Notes under the pieces: model-generated
What the model was told of the DNA's origin: nothing
The model's database searches: none
Seen by the model: the letters and a program-made list of their open reading frames with translations, nothing else
IMG/VR virus record: IMGVR_UViG_3300035665_000034
Span: 1 to 61,662 of that record
From: a virus
Taxonomy: Duplodnaviria > Caudoviricetes
DNA: 61,662 bases
Direction: 5' to 3' (one strand)
Shown: positions 9,716 through 18,367 of the stretch, in pieces
Layout of the letters: each line of letters begins with the position of its first letter
Position numbering within the stretch: the stretch's first letter is position 1
Made by a program: the position numbers and the translations under genes

Positions 9716-9755
9716 CTTCGTTCTCCGTTCTTTCGTTTCGTTCGTTTTCGTTTCA
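9716..9755 (-). repeat. truncated type-A repeat (leader/RBS part only)
   Basis: cttcgttctccgtt...ttcgttttcgtttca, lacking the promoter core. Confidence 0.7.
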
Positions 9756-9953
9756 GGCGACGACGTAGCCGTTGGCGTTCATCGTGCGGATGTAGCCTTC
9801 GAGCGCGTTCAACTGAACCCGCGTCTTCAGCGTCGAATCTGCAATCGTCTGCGCGACCTGCGCCGTGTCCGTCGGGTCGCCGCCCGCCTTGAGCACCGCG
9901 CGGCGGGCTGCGAGGACTGAAAGCTGAATCGTGATCTTCGTCGTGCCGTTCAT
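9753..9953 (-). CDS. cassette protein, 66 aa
   Basis: ATG follows repeat A2. Confidence 0.7.
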   Translation of the reverse strand: MNGTTKITIQLSVLAARRAVLKAGGDPTDTAQVAQTIADSTLKTRVQLNALEGYIRTMNANGYVVA

Positions 9954-10073
9954 TTCGTTTCTCCGTTTCGTTTCGCTTCTGAAAAAGAATGTAGCGCAGG
10001 ACGTTCTAGAAGAAAAGAAAAAAGTTCACTCGTGACGCTCTTTGCTTCAGGTCGTTGCGAGCCAACGCCTTCA
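9954..10073 (-). repeat. type-A repeat A2
   Basis: Both cores present. Confidence 0.95.
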
Positions 10074-10304
10074 AGCGCGGCGCGCGTGCTCGGTCGCGTA
10101 GGTCCGGGCCATCGAGATCGCGAACTCTCGCGAGGCTGCGGGCAGGTCGCGGGCAGTGAAGATCAGGCCGTACTTGGTGCGAAGCTGAACGACGACGAGG
10201 CCCCCGATCTCCGTGGTTTCAAGCGCGTAGCTGCGACGACCGATCTTCACGATCTCGTGGGAGCTTTTCACGGTCTCGTTCGCGTTCTTCTCTGCGTTGC
10301 TCAT
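10071..10304 (-). CDS. cassette protein, 77 aa
   Basis: Bounded by A2 and A3. Confidence 0.7.
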   Translation of the reverse strand: MSNAEKNANETVKSSHEIVKIGRRSYALETTEIGGLVVVQLRTKYGLIFTARDLPAASREFAISMARTYATEHARRA

Positions 10305-10436
10305 CTTCGTTCTCCGTTTCGTTTCGTTTTCGTTTCGCTTCTGAAAATGAAGATAGACGAAGACGTCGCAGAAGAAAAGAAAAAAGTTAACTGTCGTGCG
10401 CTTTTCCTGAACGCGTTGTCTCGCAACGCTTCGCGC
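10305..10436 (-). repeat. type-A repeat A3
   Basis: Both cores; distal ~43 bp identical to A9. Confidence 0.95.
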
Positions 10437-10475
10437 CGACGACGTATCAGCTTCGCCCGTGCGGCGAAGTCTGGA

Positions 10476-10931
10476 TCACCACGCCTTGCCCTCGTCGGTC
10501 AGGCGCACGCCGCCGTTGAAGCTCGGGCGAAGAAGCGCCGCTCGCCAGTAGCCACGGTCGCCGAAGGTCGTCGTGTTCGTTCCGCGCCCCGGTCGGGCGC
10601 GCGACTCGACTCGGCCCGACGATGTTCCGACGTAGAAGAAGTTTGCACTCTCGCCGAGCAGCACTTCGCCCGGTGCGAGGTTCAGTTCGGGCAGCGGCGC
10701 CTCGCGCCCCAACGCGAGCGCGACGAGTCGCGCGCGGGGCATGTCGACGCGTTCGAGCCCGCCGTCGCCACCGTGCGCGCGGGCGAAGACGATGCCCCGC
10801 GCTTCGAGCGCGTCGAGCAGGGCGTCGACTGCGCGAAGCTCGACCTCGCCGAACGCGGGCTCGGCGGCAGGCTCGGGGCGCGGGAACACGATGCGGACGC
10901 TAGACGACTTTTTTCTTGCTCGTTCGGCCAC
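10476..10931 (-). CDS. hypothetical protein
   Basis: GTG start with GGGAG RBS. Confidence 0.6.
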   Translation of the reverse strand: MAERARKKSSSVRIVFPRPEPAAEPAFGEVELRAVDALLDALEARGIVFARAHGGDGGLERVDMPRARLVALALGREAPLPELNLAPGEVLLGESANFFYVGTSSGRVESRARPGRGTNTTTFGDRGYWRAALLRPSFNGGVRLTDEGKAW

Positions 10932-11047
10932 TTTTCGTTCTCCCTTTCAATCCCGAAGGGATTGAAGCTCGTGTTTTTCGCGTCGACTTTGGCCGACTTC
11001 AGCGCTTCGGCTCTGCGCGACGAGTTCGGCGTTTCGTCACTCGTCGT

Positions 11048-11614
11048 TCAGTCGGGCTCGCCTTGTGCGCCCCACCACGCGCGCGGTTCGTTCTTGTTCA
11101 CACGCTTCAGGGCTTCGCTCGGCTCCCACAACGGTGCTGCGACGCCGAGCGCTGCGCTGAACCCGGGCGCGATCATGTCCTCGACCTCGCCGAGCCTCGT
11201 CAGCGGGAAGTCGTCGGCGTTGTAGTGCAGCGCCAACACGCCGACGAACATCATCAGCCGGTGGTAGTTGAGCGCGACGAACTGCGCCTGCGTCCACCAT
11301 CCGACTTCGTTGAACTCGGGCTCGTCGAAGACCTCGTCCGCGCGCACTTCGAGCGCCGAGCACTCAATCGCGAAGCGCCGCGCGATGCGTCGGAACTGCT
11401 CGTGGTCGAGCGTGAGGAGAGCAGCGTGCGCCGGCTCTAGAACGTTCTTCAGGAAGCCCTCGTCGTGCCCTCCGGTGAACAGCGCGATGGCCGACACCAG
11501 CGCGAGCGCCTTGTCTTCGATGTTCTTGCCCTTCGCGATCTCGGCGACGTGTTCAGCGAGCCAAGCATCACGTTCGCGAATCTTCGCAACGATTTCTTCG
11601 ATCTTCTCGTCCAT
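11048..11614 (-). CDS. hypothetical protein (MDEKIEEIVAKI...)
   Basis: Internal ATG with purine-rich RBS; protein-like composition. Confidence 0.65.
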   Translation of the reverse strand: MDEKIEEIVAKIRERDAWLAEHVAEIAKGKNIEDKALALVSAIALFTGGHDEGFLKNVLEPAHAALLTLDHEQFRRIARRFAIECSALEVRADEVFDEPEFNEVGWWTQAQFVALNYHRLMMFVGVLALHYNADDFPLTRLGEVEDMIAPGFSAALGVAAPLWEPSEALKRVNKNEPRAWWGAQGEPD

Positions 11615-11655
11615 TTTCTTCCCCGCTTTCGCGCCTCGTTTTTTGGCGCTTCGTT

Positions 11656-12072
11656 TCAGGTTTCTTCGCCGTCGGCGTTGATCCAGATCGTCGCGCCTGA
11701 CGGGCCGCGCCATCCGCCCGACCACGAGTGCGCGCCGCCTGTCGTTGAGCCTTCGCCTCGCATCCGGCGCGCGTAGCGTCGCGCTGCCTTCTTCGCGGCG
11801 TCCTCCGTCGCGTGCCGCGACCAGACGCAGAGTTCGCCCTCCGGGTCGCTGTTCTGCTCCCACACGCCTGCGACGTAGGGCAACGCGACCTCGCGCGCCT
11901 CGCGCTTCTCGCGGGCGACAAGGCACTTGAAGCGCGCGATGTCGGCCTTCGCGTTGCGAAGCCGCGCCCGAAGCTGCTCGACGGCCGCGTGGTCGCCGCG
12001 AGCCTTCGCGGCCTCCAGCGCGCCGCGCGCGTGTCGAGCGACTGACATGGCGTCCTGATACTTCGTCGGCAT
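11656..12072 (-). CDS. hypothetical protein
   Basis: AGGAG RBS within type-B repeat. Confidence 0.65.
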   Translation of the reverse strand: MPTKYQDAMSVARHARGALEAAKARGDHAAVEQLRARLRNAKADIARFKCLVAREKREAREVALPYVAGVWEQNSDPEGELCVWSRHATEDAAKKAARRYARRMRGEGSTTGGAHSWSGGWRGPSGATIWINADGEET

Positions 12073-12156
12073 CGTTCTTCTCCTCGTTCGTTCTTCGAGG
12101 CGTTCGAGTTCACGCTCGGACGTCTCGAAGAAGGCGCGAAGCTCTCGGGCTGTTCA
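12073..12156. repeat. type-B intergenic hairpin repeat, copy 2
   Basis: Stem 12091-12107/12116-12132. Confidence 0.75.
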
Positions 12157-12351
12157 GACGCGGTTGGCGATCACGAACTCGCCCGTGGTCGCCTTGCGAT
12201 ACGCGAGAGCGACCGCGCCGCGCTTGCCGGTGAGCATGTAGGCGATGCCGTCCCACCCTCGCGCCTTGAGATCCTGCGCCAAGAAAGGCCCGGTCTCCGT
12301 CGCTTCGACCTCGTAAATGCGCCCGTTGATCGTCGTGTTCGTGATGCTCAT
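12154..12351 (-). CDS. cassette protein, 65 aa
   Basis: ATG follows A4. Confidence 0.7.
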   Translation of the reverse strand: MSITNTTINGRIYEVEATETGPFLAQDLKARGWDGIAYMLTGKRGAVALAYRKATTGEFVIANRV

Positions 12352-12482
12352 TTTCGTTTCCTCGTTCGTTCCGTTTCGTTGCGCTTCTGAAAATGAAGAT
12401 AGCGCAGGGCGTCGCAGAAGAAAAGAAAAAAGTCGTTAGCTCGTGCGCTTTGTTCTGCTCGCGTTCTGCGAGAGCGACTTCA
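12352..12482 (-). repeat. type-A repeat A4
   Basis: Both cores. Confidence 0.95.
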
Positions 12483-12716
12483 GGCGTTGCAATCCTCGGA
12501 CGCCCACGCTGCGGCGAGCGCGTCGGCGTAGCACTGATCGACGAGCGCGAGAATCTCGGCGCCTACTTTCGCCGTCTGCGCCTGCTCCCACACCTTGAAC
12601 GCGGCCTCGGCGCGCTCGAAGGCGTCGGCGATGGCGTTCGCGTTCGCGATCTCGCCGAGGTAGTAGGCGGTGCGGGCGGCCATCAGGGCTTTGCGGTCGA
12701 TCTCGATGTAGCTCAT
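12480..12716 (-). CDS. Ala-rich helical cassette protein, 78 aa (MSYIEIDRK...)
   Basis: Bounded by A4 and A5. Confidence 0.7.
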   Translation of the reverse strand: MSYIEIDRKALMAARTAYYLGEIANANAIADAFERAEAAFKVWEQAQTAKVGAEILALVDQCYADALAAAWASEDCNA

Positions 12717-12847
12717 TTTCGTTCTCCGTTTCGTTTTCGTTCGTTGCGCTTCTGAAAAACAAAGTAGCGCAGGACGTTCGAGAATGAAAGAAAAAAGTTC
12801 ACTCGTGACGCGCTTTGTTCGCGTCGCGTTCTGCGAGAGCGTCTTCA
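12717..12847 (-). repeat. type-A repeat A5
   Basis: Cores present (variant AGAATGAAAGAAAAAAG). Confidence 0.95.
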
Positions 12848-13171
12848 GACGCTCACGGCCGCGACGTAGGCGGCGTTCGCGGCAACGTAAGCAGCGTCCC
12901 GGGCAGCGTCGGCGGCAGCGTAGGCGGCAGTGAAGTCCGCATGGGCCTTGTTGAGAATGCCTCGGAGCGCAACGTCGGACGCCTTCTCGAACGCAGTCGT
13001 CCCCGCCCGCTCGGTGAGGATCGCGAGGTTGTAGGCTGCGGAGATTGCGCCGGAACGAACGGCGTCCCAAGCCTTGAAGGCGTCGATTCGGGAGGCGACA
13101 TACTCGTCAGCGGCGACGGCGTAGGCAGCGACGAGTTCGGCGGTGGCGAGTTCAGTGTTCTTCGTGTTCAT
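12845..13171 (-). CDS. Ala-rich helical cassette protein, paralog of 17920-18240
   Basis: Ungapped alignment to 17920-18240. Confidence 0.75.
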   Translation of the reverse strand: MNTKNTELATAELVAAYAVAADEYVASRIDAFKAWDAVRSGAISAAYNLAILTERAGTTAFEKASDVALRGILNKAHADFTAAYAAADAARDAAYVAANAAYVAAVSV

Positions 13172-13302
13172 TTTCGTTCTCCGTTTCGTTTTCGTTCGTT
13201 GCGCTTCTGAAAATGAAGATAGACGAAGACGTTCGAGAAGAAAAGAAAAAAGTTAACTCGCCGTGCGCTTTGTTCGCGTCGCGTTCTGTCGCAACGCGTT
13301 CA
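13172..13302 (-). repeat. type-A repeat A6
   Basis: Both cores. Confidence 0.95.
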
Positions 13303-13644
13303 GTTCGTTTCGAGCGGCTTCGTTGCGCGACGAACTGCGCGGCCGAACGCGATGCCCATGCCCATCTGCGCGCCGCGCCCGCTGAACCTCGCCGCGAACT
13401 TGCGGCCCGCCCTGTCGCGCACCTTGTCGGCCTCGACGGTTACGATCCCGTTGTGCGCGTTGACCCGTGCCACGACGCCCGTCCACTTCACTTCGCCCGT
13501 CGCCTCGTCGAAGACCTCGACGGGCTCGCCCGTCTTCAGCCCGAGCCCGGCGAAGCTCTTGGGCGTCAAGCCCGGGTGCGTGTGTGGCTCGGGCTTCGCG
13601 CCGTCGATCTCGGCCGACGCGTAAGCGCGTGACCTGTTACCCAT
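13300..13644 (-). CDS. hypothetical protein, small beta-barrel-like
   Basis: LKTGEPVEVFD...WTGVVARVN..NGIVTV pattern. Confidence 0.55.
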   Translation of the reverse strand: MGNRSRAYASAEIDGAKPEPHTHPGLTPKSFAGLGLKTGEPVEVFDEATGEVKWTGVVARVNAHNGIVTVEADKVRDRAGRKFAARFSGRGAQMGMGIAFGRAVRRATKPLETN

Positions 13645-14443
13645 TGTCGGTCTCCTCGACGTCGAGTTCGCCTTCGAGTTCAGCGCCGCGTTCGTCGACG
13701 CCGCACGCGAGAGCGATCACGCCTTCGGCCGTCGCCGTGTCCTTCGTGGGATGCATGAGCCGCGTGCGCCCCTGCGCTTTGCGCTCGCGCATGATCCCGG
13801 CAATCGCTTCGAGGTGCCCGAGTTGTTGCGCCTTCATGGCCTCGCCGAGCGGCGTGCGCCACACGGCGTCGCCCTTCGGGTGCGCCTTGTCGACGGCCAG
13901 CACCTCGCGCCTGCGCTCGACGAGTTCGGCGTCCCGGTGCGGCGACGGGAGCACGGCGCAGGGCGCGAACGTCAAGCGACCCTCCCCGAAGCCGTACAAG
14001 GGCGCTTGCAGGGCGCCTGCGCCGTCGGGCGCGCTCATCGTCTGGACGATCACGATGTCGCCCTCTACGAGCCCGCTACGGCCCGGGAAAGCGACCTCCG
14101 CGAAGTGACTGCCGCCGATGCGTGCGCCGTCGATGGCGAGCGGCGAGAAGTTGCGGACGGTCATCTTCGGCAGACTGCGGAGAACGACGAGATCGCGGAG
14201 CGGCCGAAGAACGTCGAGCGCGTTCAGGTCGCGCAAGTATCGCCGCACTTCGCGCAGAGCGCTGGCGGCGCTCGGGTAGGCAATCGTCGACATCGACGTC
14301 CGAACGCCGAGGTCGACGAACTTCGCGAACGCGAAGAAGCCGAGATCGACCTCGAAGACCTCGACCGTGTGTCGCTCGACGCGAACGCGGGCGACGCGTC
14401 GCGCCTTGCCCCATCCGGCGAGTGCTCGTTCGCGCGCGCTCAT
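13637..14443 (-). CDS. hypothetical protein
   Basis: ATGA overlap with upstream gene. Confidence 0.6.
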   Translation of the reverse strand: MSARERALAGWGKARRVARVRVERHTVEVFEVDLGFFAFAKFVDLGVRTSMSTIAYPSAASALREVRRYLRDLNALDVLRPLRDLVVLRSLPKMTVRNFSPLAIDGARIGGSHFAEVAFPGRSGLVEGDIVIVQTMSAPDGAGALQAPLYGFGEGRLTFAPCAVLPSPHRDAELVERRREVLAVDKAHPKGDAVWRTPLGEAMKAQQLGHLEAIAGIMRERKAQGRTRLMHPTKDTATAEGVIALACGVDERGAELEGELDVEETDNG

Positions 14444-15165
14444 CGTCGAGCCAACGCGCCGAGGGCGCGCTCGATGGGGGCGAGGGCGCGCGACAGGCCC
14501 GCGCGTTCGAGGTCGAGCGCTTCGATCTGCGACGTCAACGTCGCGCGCCTGCGGTCGAGTTCGGACTTCACGCGCTGGACGTTCGAGACCTCAGACGCGC
14601 CGATGCGCCCGTCGAGCAGCTTCTCAAGGTCGCCGTGCGTCTCGCGCCACGCGTCGATCATGGCGAGCACGCGATCACGCCGCGCGCTCCAACGCTTCAT
14701 CGCATCGGCGTCGCCGACGAAGTATTTCATGCCCGGTTGCGCGAGCCCGAACAGGCTGTCGGCGCGCGTGAGAACGCGCGTCGTCTCGTCGCTCGCGGTC
14801 GTGCTCTCGTCCCACGACTTCATCGCCGCCGCGATCTGCCGCGCCTCGTCGCGAAGGTGCGGCGGGAGTTGCGTCGAGACCTTCAGCGCCTTCGGGCCGT
14901 CGGCCATCTTGAACTCGTCGGCGAGCCGTTCGAGTTGCCGCGCGACGTAGTGCGCTCGCGCGAGCTTGTGCGTCGGGATGCGTTCGCCGACGGGCTGAAC
15001 ACCGAAGCGAACGACGTCGCCCTCGACGGTCATGTCGCCGAGCAGCGTCTCGAAGGCGAGAAAGGTCGTGTCGGCGTGGAGCGTCTTCTCGCTCTCGATG
15101 GCGGTCGCGATTGCGTTCGCAATCGTCTCCATCGTGAGCCCGTCTTCATCGTCGATGCGCGGCAT
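14440..15165 (-). CDS. hypothetical coiled-coil protein
   Basis: Downstream of ECF-type promoter copy 2. Confidence 0.65.
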   Translation of the reverse strand: MPRIDDEDGLTMETIANAIATAIESEKTLHADTTFLAFETLLGDMTVEGDVVRFGVQPVGERIPTHKLARAHYVARQLERLADEFKMADGPKALKVSTQLPPHLRDEARQIAAAMKSWDESTTASDETTRVLTRADSLFGLAQPGMKYFVGDADAMKRWSARRDRVLAMIDAWRETHGDLEKLLDGRIGASEVSNVQRVKSELDRRRATLTSQIEALDLERAGLSRALAPIERALGALARR

Positions 15166-15200
15166 CGTTGCGGCCCTTTCGTTCTGCGTTCGTGTCTCTG

Positions 15201-15228
15201 ATACGTCGCAGGCGTCGGGAGCTTTACG
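15201..15228 (-). promoter_or_regulatory. ECF-type promoter CGTAAA-N17-CGTAT (copy 2)
   Basis: 17-nt spacer; includes TAA of upstream gene. Confidence 0.75.
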
Positions 15229-16174
15229 TCGCGGCCCAAAAAACCTGCCCGTCGCGCTTCGCGCGCGTGGCGAGCCCGAGCTTGGCGAGTCGGAACAGGA
15301 CAGAAGGCGTGCCGCGATGCCGCCCGACGTCGCCCCACAATGCGCGTGCGAACGCCTGCGCGGTCATCGGCCCGCGTTCGCGGAGGAGCGCGAGTCCGCG
15401 CGCCTCGTCGCGCTCGACGTGTTCGAGCTTCAACGCGACCGCCCCGCCGAGGATGAGCGCGCGGACTGATTCGCTGACCGACTCGCCGTAACGCTTCGCG
15501 CGTTCGTCGACGATGCTCCAGCCGTTCGCGCTCATGCGGAGCGTCGTCGACTTCGAGTTTCGGATCGTCTCGTCGGAGTAGCGGTCCTCGCGCAGCGGCG
15601 GGCCGACGGGCGTCTTGCTCGCTGCAACGATCAACGACTCGCACTCGACGCCGCGAGACGTTCCGTTGACGAGCACGAGCGCGTCTACGAAGCGCAGGAT
15701 CGAAGGTCCGATGGCGACGCCTCGGTCGAGTCTCGGTTCGGCGTCGCGTGCCCGCATGTCGGCCTCGACGCGGCGCACTTCGCGCGCAAACTTCGCGGGC
15801 GTGATCCCGAGCGACTTCAGAACCTCGGAACGCCTGACCGACGCCTCGCGCGCGGCGACCTCGCGGTCGACTTCAGGACGCGCCTTCGCGACGGCTGCGC
15901 CGCGCGCGATGAGCGCGCGAAGAAGCGCGGCGTCTTCGATCTCAGGCGCGACGAACTGCCGCCAGCGTCGAGCAACGTCTTCGACGCGGAGCGCGTCAAT
16001 CGTGAGCGAAGCGCGGCCCTCGACGCGATCAACGGCAGGGATCGGGAGCGGCGGCGAAGTCATGCCGTCCGCGAGGCGCACAAGCGCGATGCACTCGTCT
16101 GCGTTCGTTCGCGTTGCGACGCGCGCAAGCTCGGAGACGCGCGCGTGGAGCCACTTCGGCGCGCTGATTTTCAC
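15224..16174 (-). CDS. putative DNA-binding protein (RHH-like segments plus C-terminal winged HTH)
   Basis: STTLRMSANGWSIVDERAKRYGESVSESVRALI; LLRERGPMTAQAFARAL...LFRLAKLGL. Confidence 0.5.
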   Translation of the reverse strand: MKISAPKWLHARVSELARVATRTNADECIALVRLADGMTSPPLPIPAVDRVEGRASLTIDALRVEDVARRWRQFVAPEIEDAALLRALIARGAAVAKARPEVDREVAAREASVRRSEVLKSLGITPAKFAREVRRVEADMRARDAEPRLDRGVAIGPSILRFVDALVLVNGTSRGVECESLIVAASKTPVGPPLREDRYSDETIRNSKSTTLRMSANGWSIVDERAKRYGESVSESVRALILGGAVALKLEHVERDEARGLALLRERGPMTAQAFARALWGDVGRHRGTPSVLFRLAKLGLATRAKRDGQVFWAAT

Positions 16175-16662
16175 GAGTCGCCCGACGCGAACTGTCGTCG
16201 CAGGTCGTCGGGCACGACGACGCCGACCGACTCAAGAACCGCGATGGCCTGCGTTGCGATCTCGGGGTCGAGCGCGACGCCGGAAGGGTTCGGCGCGGTC
16301 GTGATCGCCTCGGCAGTCGAGCCGAATGCGGCGCGTCTTCGCTTCGCGAGAAGCCATTGATGGGCGCCGACTTGAACGCTGCTCTCGGCGTCGTGGACGA
16401 GCTTCAGCGAACGAATCACGCCGCGCGAATCAGCGCGACGGACTGCCGTTCGGAAGTCTTCGATCTCGTGTTCGGCCTTCGTGACTGCGGGCCGCTCGGG
16501 CTCGCGCAGCCAAGCGCGGAACGTCGCGACGGGCACGCCCGCCGCATAACAGGCGTCGTCGACAGGGGCGCCGAGGCCGATGAAGGCGAGCAGTTCCGCG
16601 CGCTGCGTCTCGCCCAACTTCGTTGGCGACTCGACGTCCTTCTTCGCGCGCTTGGCTCCCAT
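16171..16662 (-). CDS. terminase small subunit-like HTH protein
   Basis: G.PVDDACYAAGVPVATFRAWL...F...V.RA...QWLLAKRRRAAFG pattern. Confidence 0.6.
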   Translation of the reverse strand: MGAKRAKKDVESPTKLGETQRAELLAFIGLGAPVDDACYAAGVPVATFRAWLREPERPAVTKAEHEIEDFRTAVRRADSRGVIRSLKLVHDAESSVQVGAHQWLLAKRRRAAFGSTAEAITTAPNPSGVALDPEIATQAIAVLESVGVVVPDDLRRQFASGDS

Positions 16663-16669
16663 CGGCAGG

Positions 16670-16699
16670 AGCCTAAGCGGCGAACGGTCGGCGCGTCAA
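16670..16699 (-). promoter_or_regulatory. sigma70-like promoter TTGACG-N18-TAGGCT, 7 nt before ATG
   Basis: Close match to -35/-10 consensus; no RBS, so probably leaderless. Confidence 0.6.
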
Positions 16700-16715
16700 T
16701 CGCGCCCGGTCGAGG

Positions 16716-17381
16716 TCAGACCTCGACGATCTTCCTGCCGCGACGCGGCGTCGCGCTGACTACGACGGCGGCCTCGCCGCTCGGCGTGGTCTCGACGTGC
16801 TCGGCGCCGAGCGCCTTGAGCTTCGATGCGTCGAGCGACGTGGCTTCAGCGCGGGCGCGAGCGTGTTCGCGCCCTCGCCGCACGGCGGCCTCGACCTCGC
16901 GGTTGACGGGCTCGGGCGCGGGCTCGGGCGCGCTGGCGAGCGAGGCCTCGAAACTCGCCACGTCTTCGGCGAAGGTCTCCGTCGTCGGCTGGCGCTCGAT
17001 CACCAGCGACGTCGAGATCGAAGCGTCGACGGCGCGCTCGACGGCGGGCTCGTCGCTCGCGGGCGCGGCCTCGGCCTTCGCGAGCGCCTTCGCGAGCCGT
17101 CGCTCCAGCTTCGCGATCTCGGCGGCAGGTCGGCCCTTCTCGCGGGCGACCTCGATTGAGCGCCGGTACCACTTCATCGTCCTGTCGCTCGGCAGCCCAC
17201 GAGGGATGTGCTCGGTGCTCGTCGCGCTGCCCGCGACGCGGGGCGCGCGCCCCGATGCGCCCGCCTCCGCGCTCGCGGCGCGGAGTTCCGCTTCGAGTCG
17301 CCCCATGGCTGCGCGCACGTCGCGCAGCGCGGCGATCTGAATCTCGATGGCGGCGATGAACTCTTTGGCCTGCTCGATCAT
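16716..17381 (-). CDS. hypothetical protein
   Basis: GGAG RBS; Ala/Glu-rich. Confidence 0.6.
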   Translation of the reverse strand: MIEQAKEFIAAIEIQIAALRDVRAAMGRLEAELRAASAEAGASGRAPRVAGSATSTEHIPRGLPSDRTMKWYRRSIEVAREKGRPAAEIAKLERRLAKALAKAEAAPASDEPAVERAVDASISTSLVIERQPTTETFAEDVASFEASLASAPEPAPEPVNREVEAAVRRGREHARARAEATSLDASKLKALGAEHVETTPSGEAAVVVSATPRRGRKIVEV

Positions 17382-17439
17382 GTTCTCTCTCCGTGCCGCA
17401 CGTTTCGGCGGCGTTCATGCCCGGCGTTCGGGCGTTTGT

Positions 17440-17790
17440 TCAGTTCGACGCGCTGCCGGTTTCCCCGGCGATGATGGCCTTCGCAAGCTCGACGTTGAGC
17501 TTGCGGCGGACGAGGTTCTTGATTCGGGCGACCGCGCCGCCCGTCGCGAACTCGCGCCAAGGCTGAACGCCCCGGCTTGAGTTGCACTTGCGGCAGGCCG
17601 TCACGAGGTTGCTCGGCTCGTTCGAGCCGCCTTCGCTTGAGCAGACGAGGTGGTCGAGCCCGATTTCCTCGGGCTTCGCGTTCTTCAACGAGGTGCCGCA
17701 GTAGGCGCAGCAGAAGTCGTCCCGCATGTAGATTGCGAGCCGCTTCTCAACTCGAATCCACTTGCTGCCCTGTCCTGCTTTGCGTGCCAT
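17440..17790 (-). CDS. HNH endonuclease
   Basis: RDDFCCAYCG...LDHL...GGSNEPSNLVTACRKCNSSRG. Confidence 0.9.
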   Translation of the reverse strand: MARKAGQGSKWIRVEKRLAIYMRDDFCCAYCGTSLKNAKPEEIGLDHLVCSSEGGSNEPSNLVTACRKCNSSRGVQPWREFATGGAVARIKNLVRRKLNVELAKAIIAGETGSASN

Positions 17791-17922
17791 CTTCGTTCTC
17801 CGTTTCGTTCGTTGTGTCGTTCGCTTCTGAAAACGAATGTAGACGAAGGCGTTCGAGAAGAAAAGAAAAAAGTTACCTAGCCGTGCTTTTTGTTCTGCGC
17901 CCGTTCTGTCGCAACGCGTTCA
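17791..17922 (-). repeat. type-A repeat A7
   Basis: Both cores. Confidence 0.95.
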
Positions 17923-18240
17923 GGCGCTCATCGCGGCAGCATAAACGGCGTTCGCCTCGTCGATGGCAGCGGCGTAGGCAGCGGCGTAGGCTTCGCAGGC
18001 GGCAGCGAAAACGGCGTGGGCTTCATCGCACGCGGCGTACATCGCTGCGGCGTACTCTCTCTCGAAGGCGACGGTGCCGGGAGCGGCGGCGCGGAACGCG
18101 GCAGCGTAACCGGCACCGGGAGCAGCAGCGCGAGCCGCGACGTAAGCAGCGTGGGCTTCGTCTGCCGAACGGGCGCGAACGTCGGCAGCAAATTCGTAGG
18201 CGGCCCCGAGGTCATTCGCGATCTGCTTTGCGTTCTTCAT
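17920..18240 (-). CDS. Ala-rich helical cassette protein, paralog of 12845-13171
   Basis: Bounded by A7 and A8. Confidence 0.75.
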   Translation of the reverse strand: MKNAKQIANDLGAAYEFAADVRARSADEAHAAYVAARAAAPGAGYAAAFRAAAPGTVAFEREYAAAMYAACDEAHAVFAAACEAYAAAYAAAIDEANAVYAAAMSA

Positions 18241-18367
18241 TTTCGTTCTCCGTTTCGTTTTCGTTTCGCTTCTGAAAATGAATGTAGACGAAGACGTTCG
18301 AGAAGAAAAGAAAAAAGTTCACTGTCGGCGCTTTTTGTTCTGCGCCCGTTCTGTCGCAACGCGTTCA
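18241..18367 (-). repeat. type-A repeat A8
   Basis: Both cores. Confidence 0.95.

Noticed and set aside
12845-18240. Diversity-generating retroelement behind the Ala-rich paralogs
   Set aside because: No reverse transcriptase, and no near-identical template/variable pair with adenine-specific differences.
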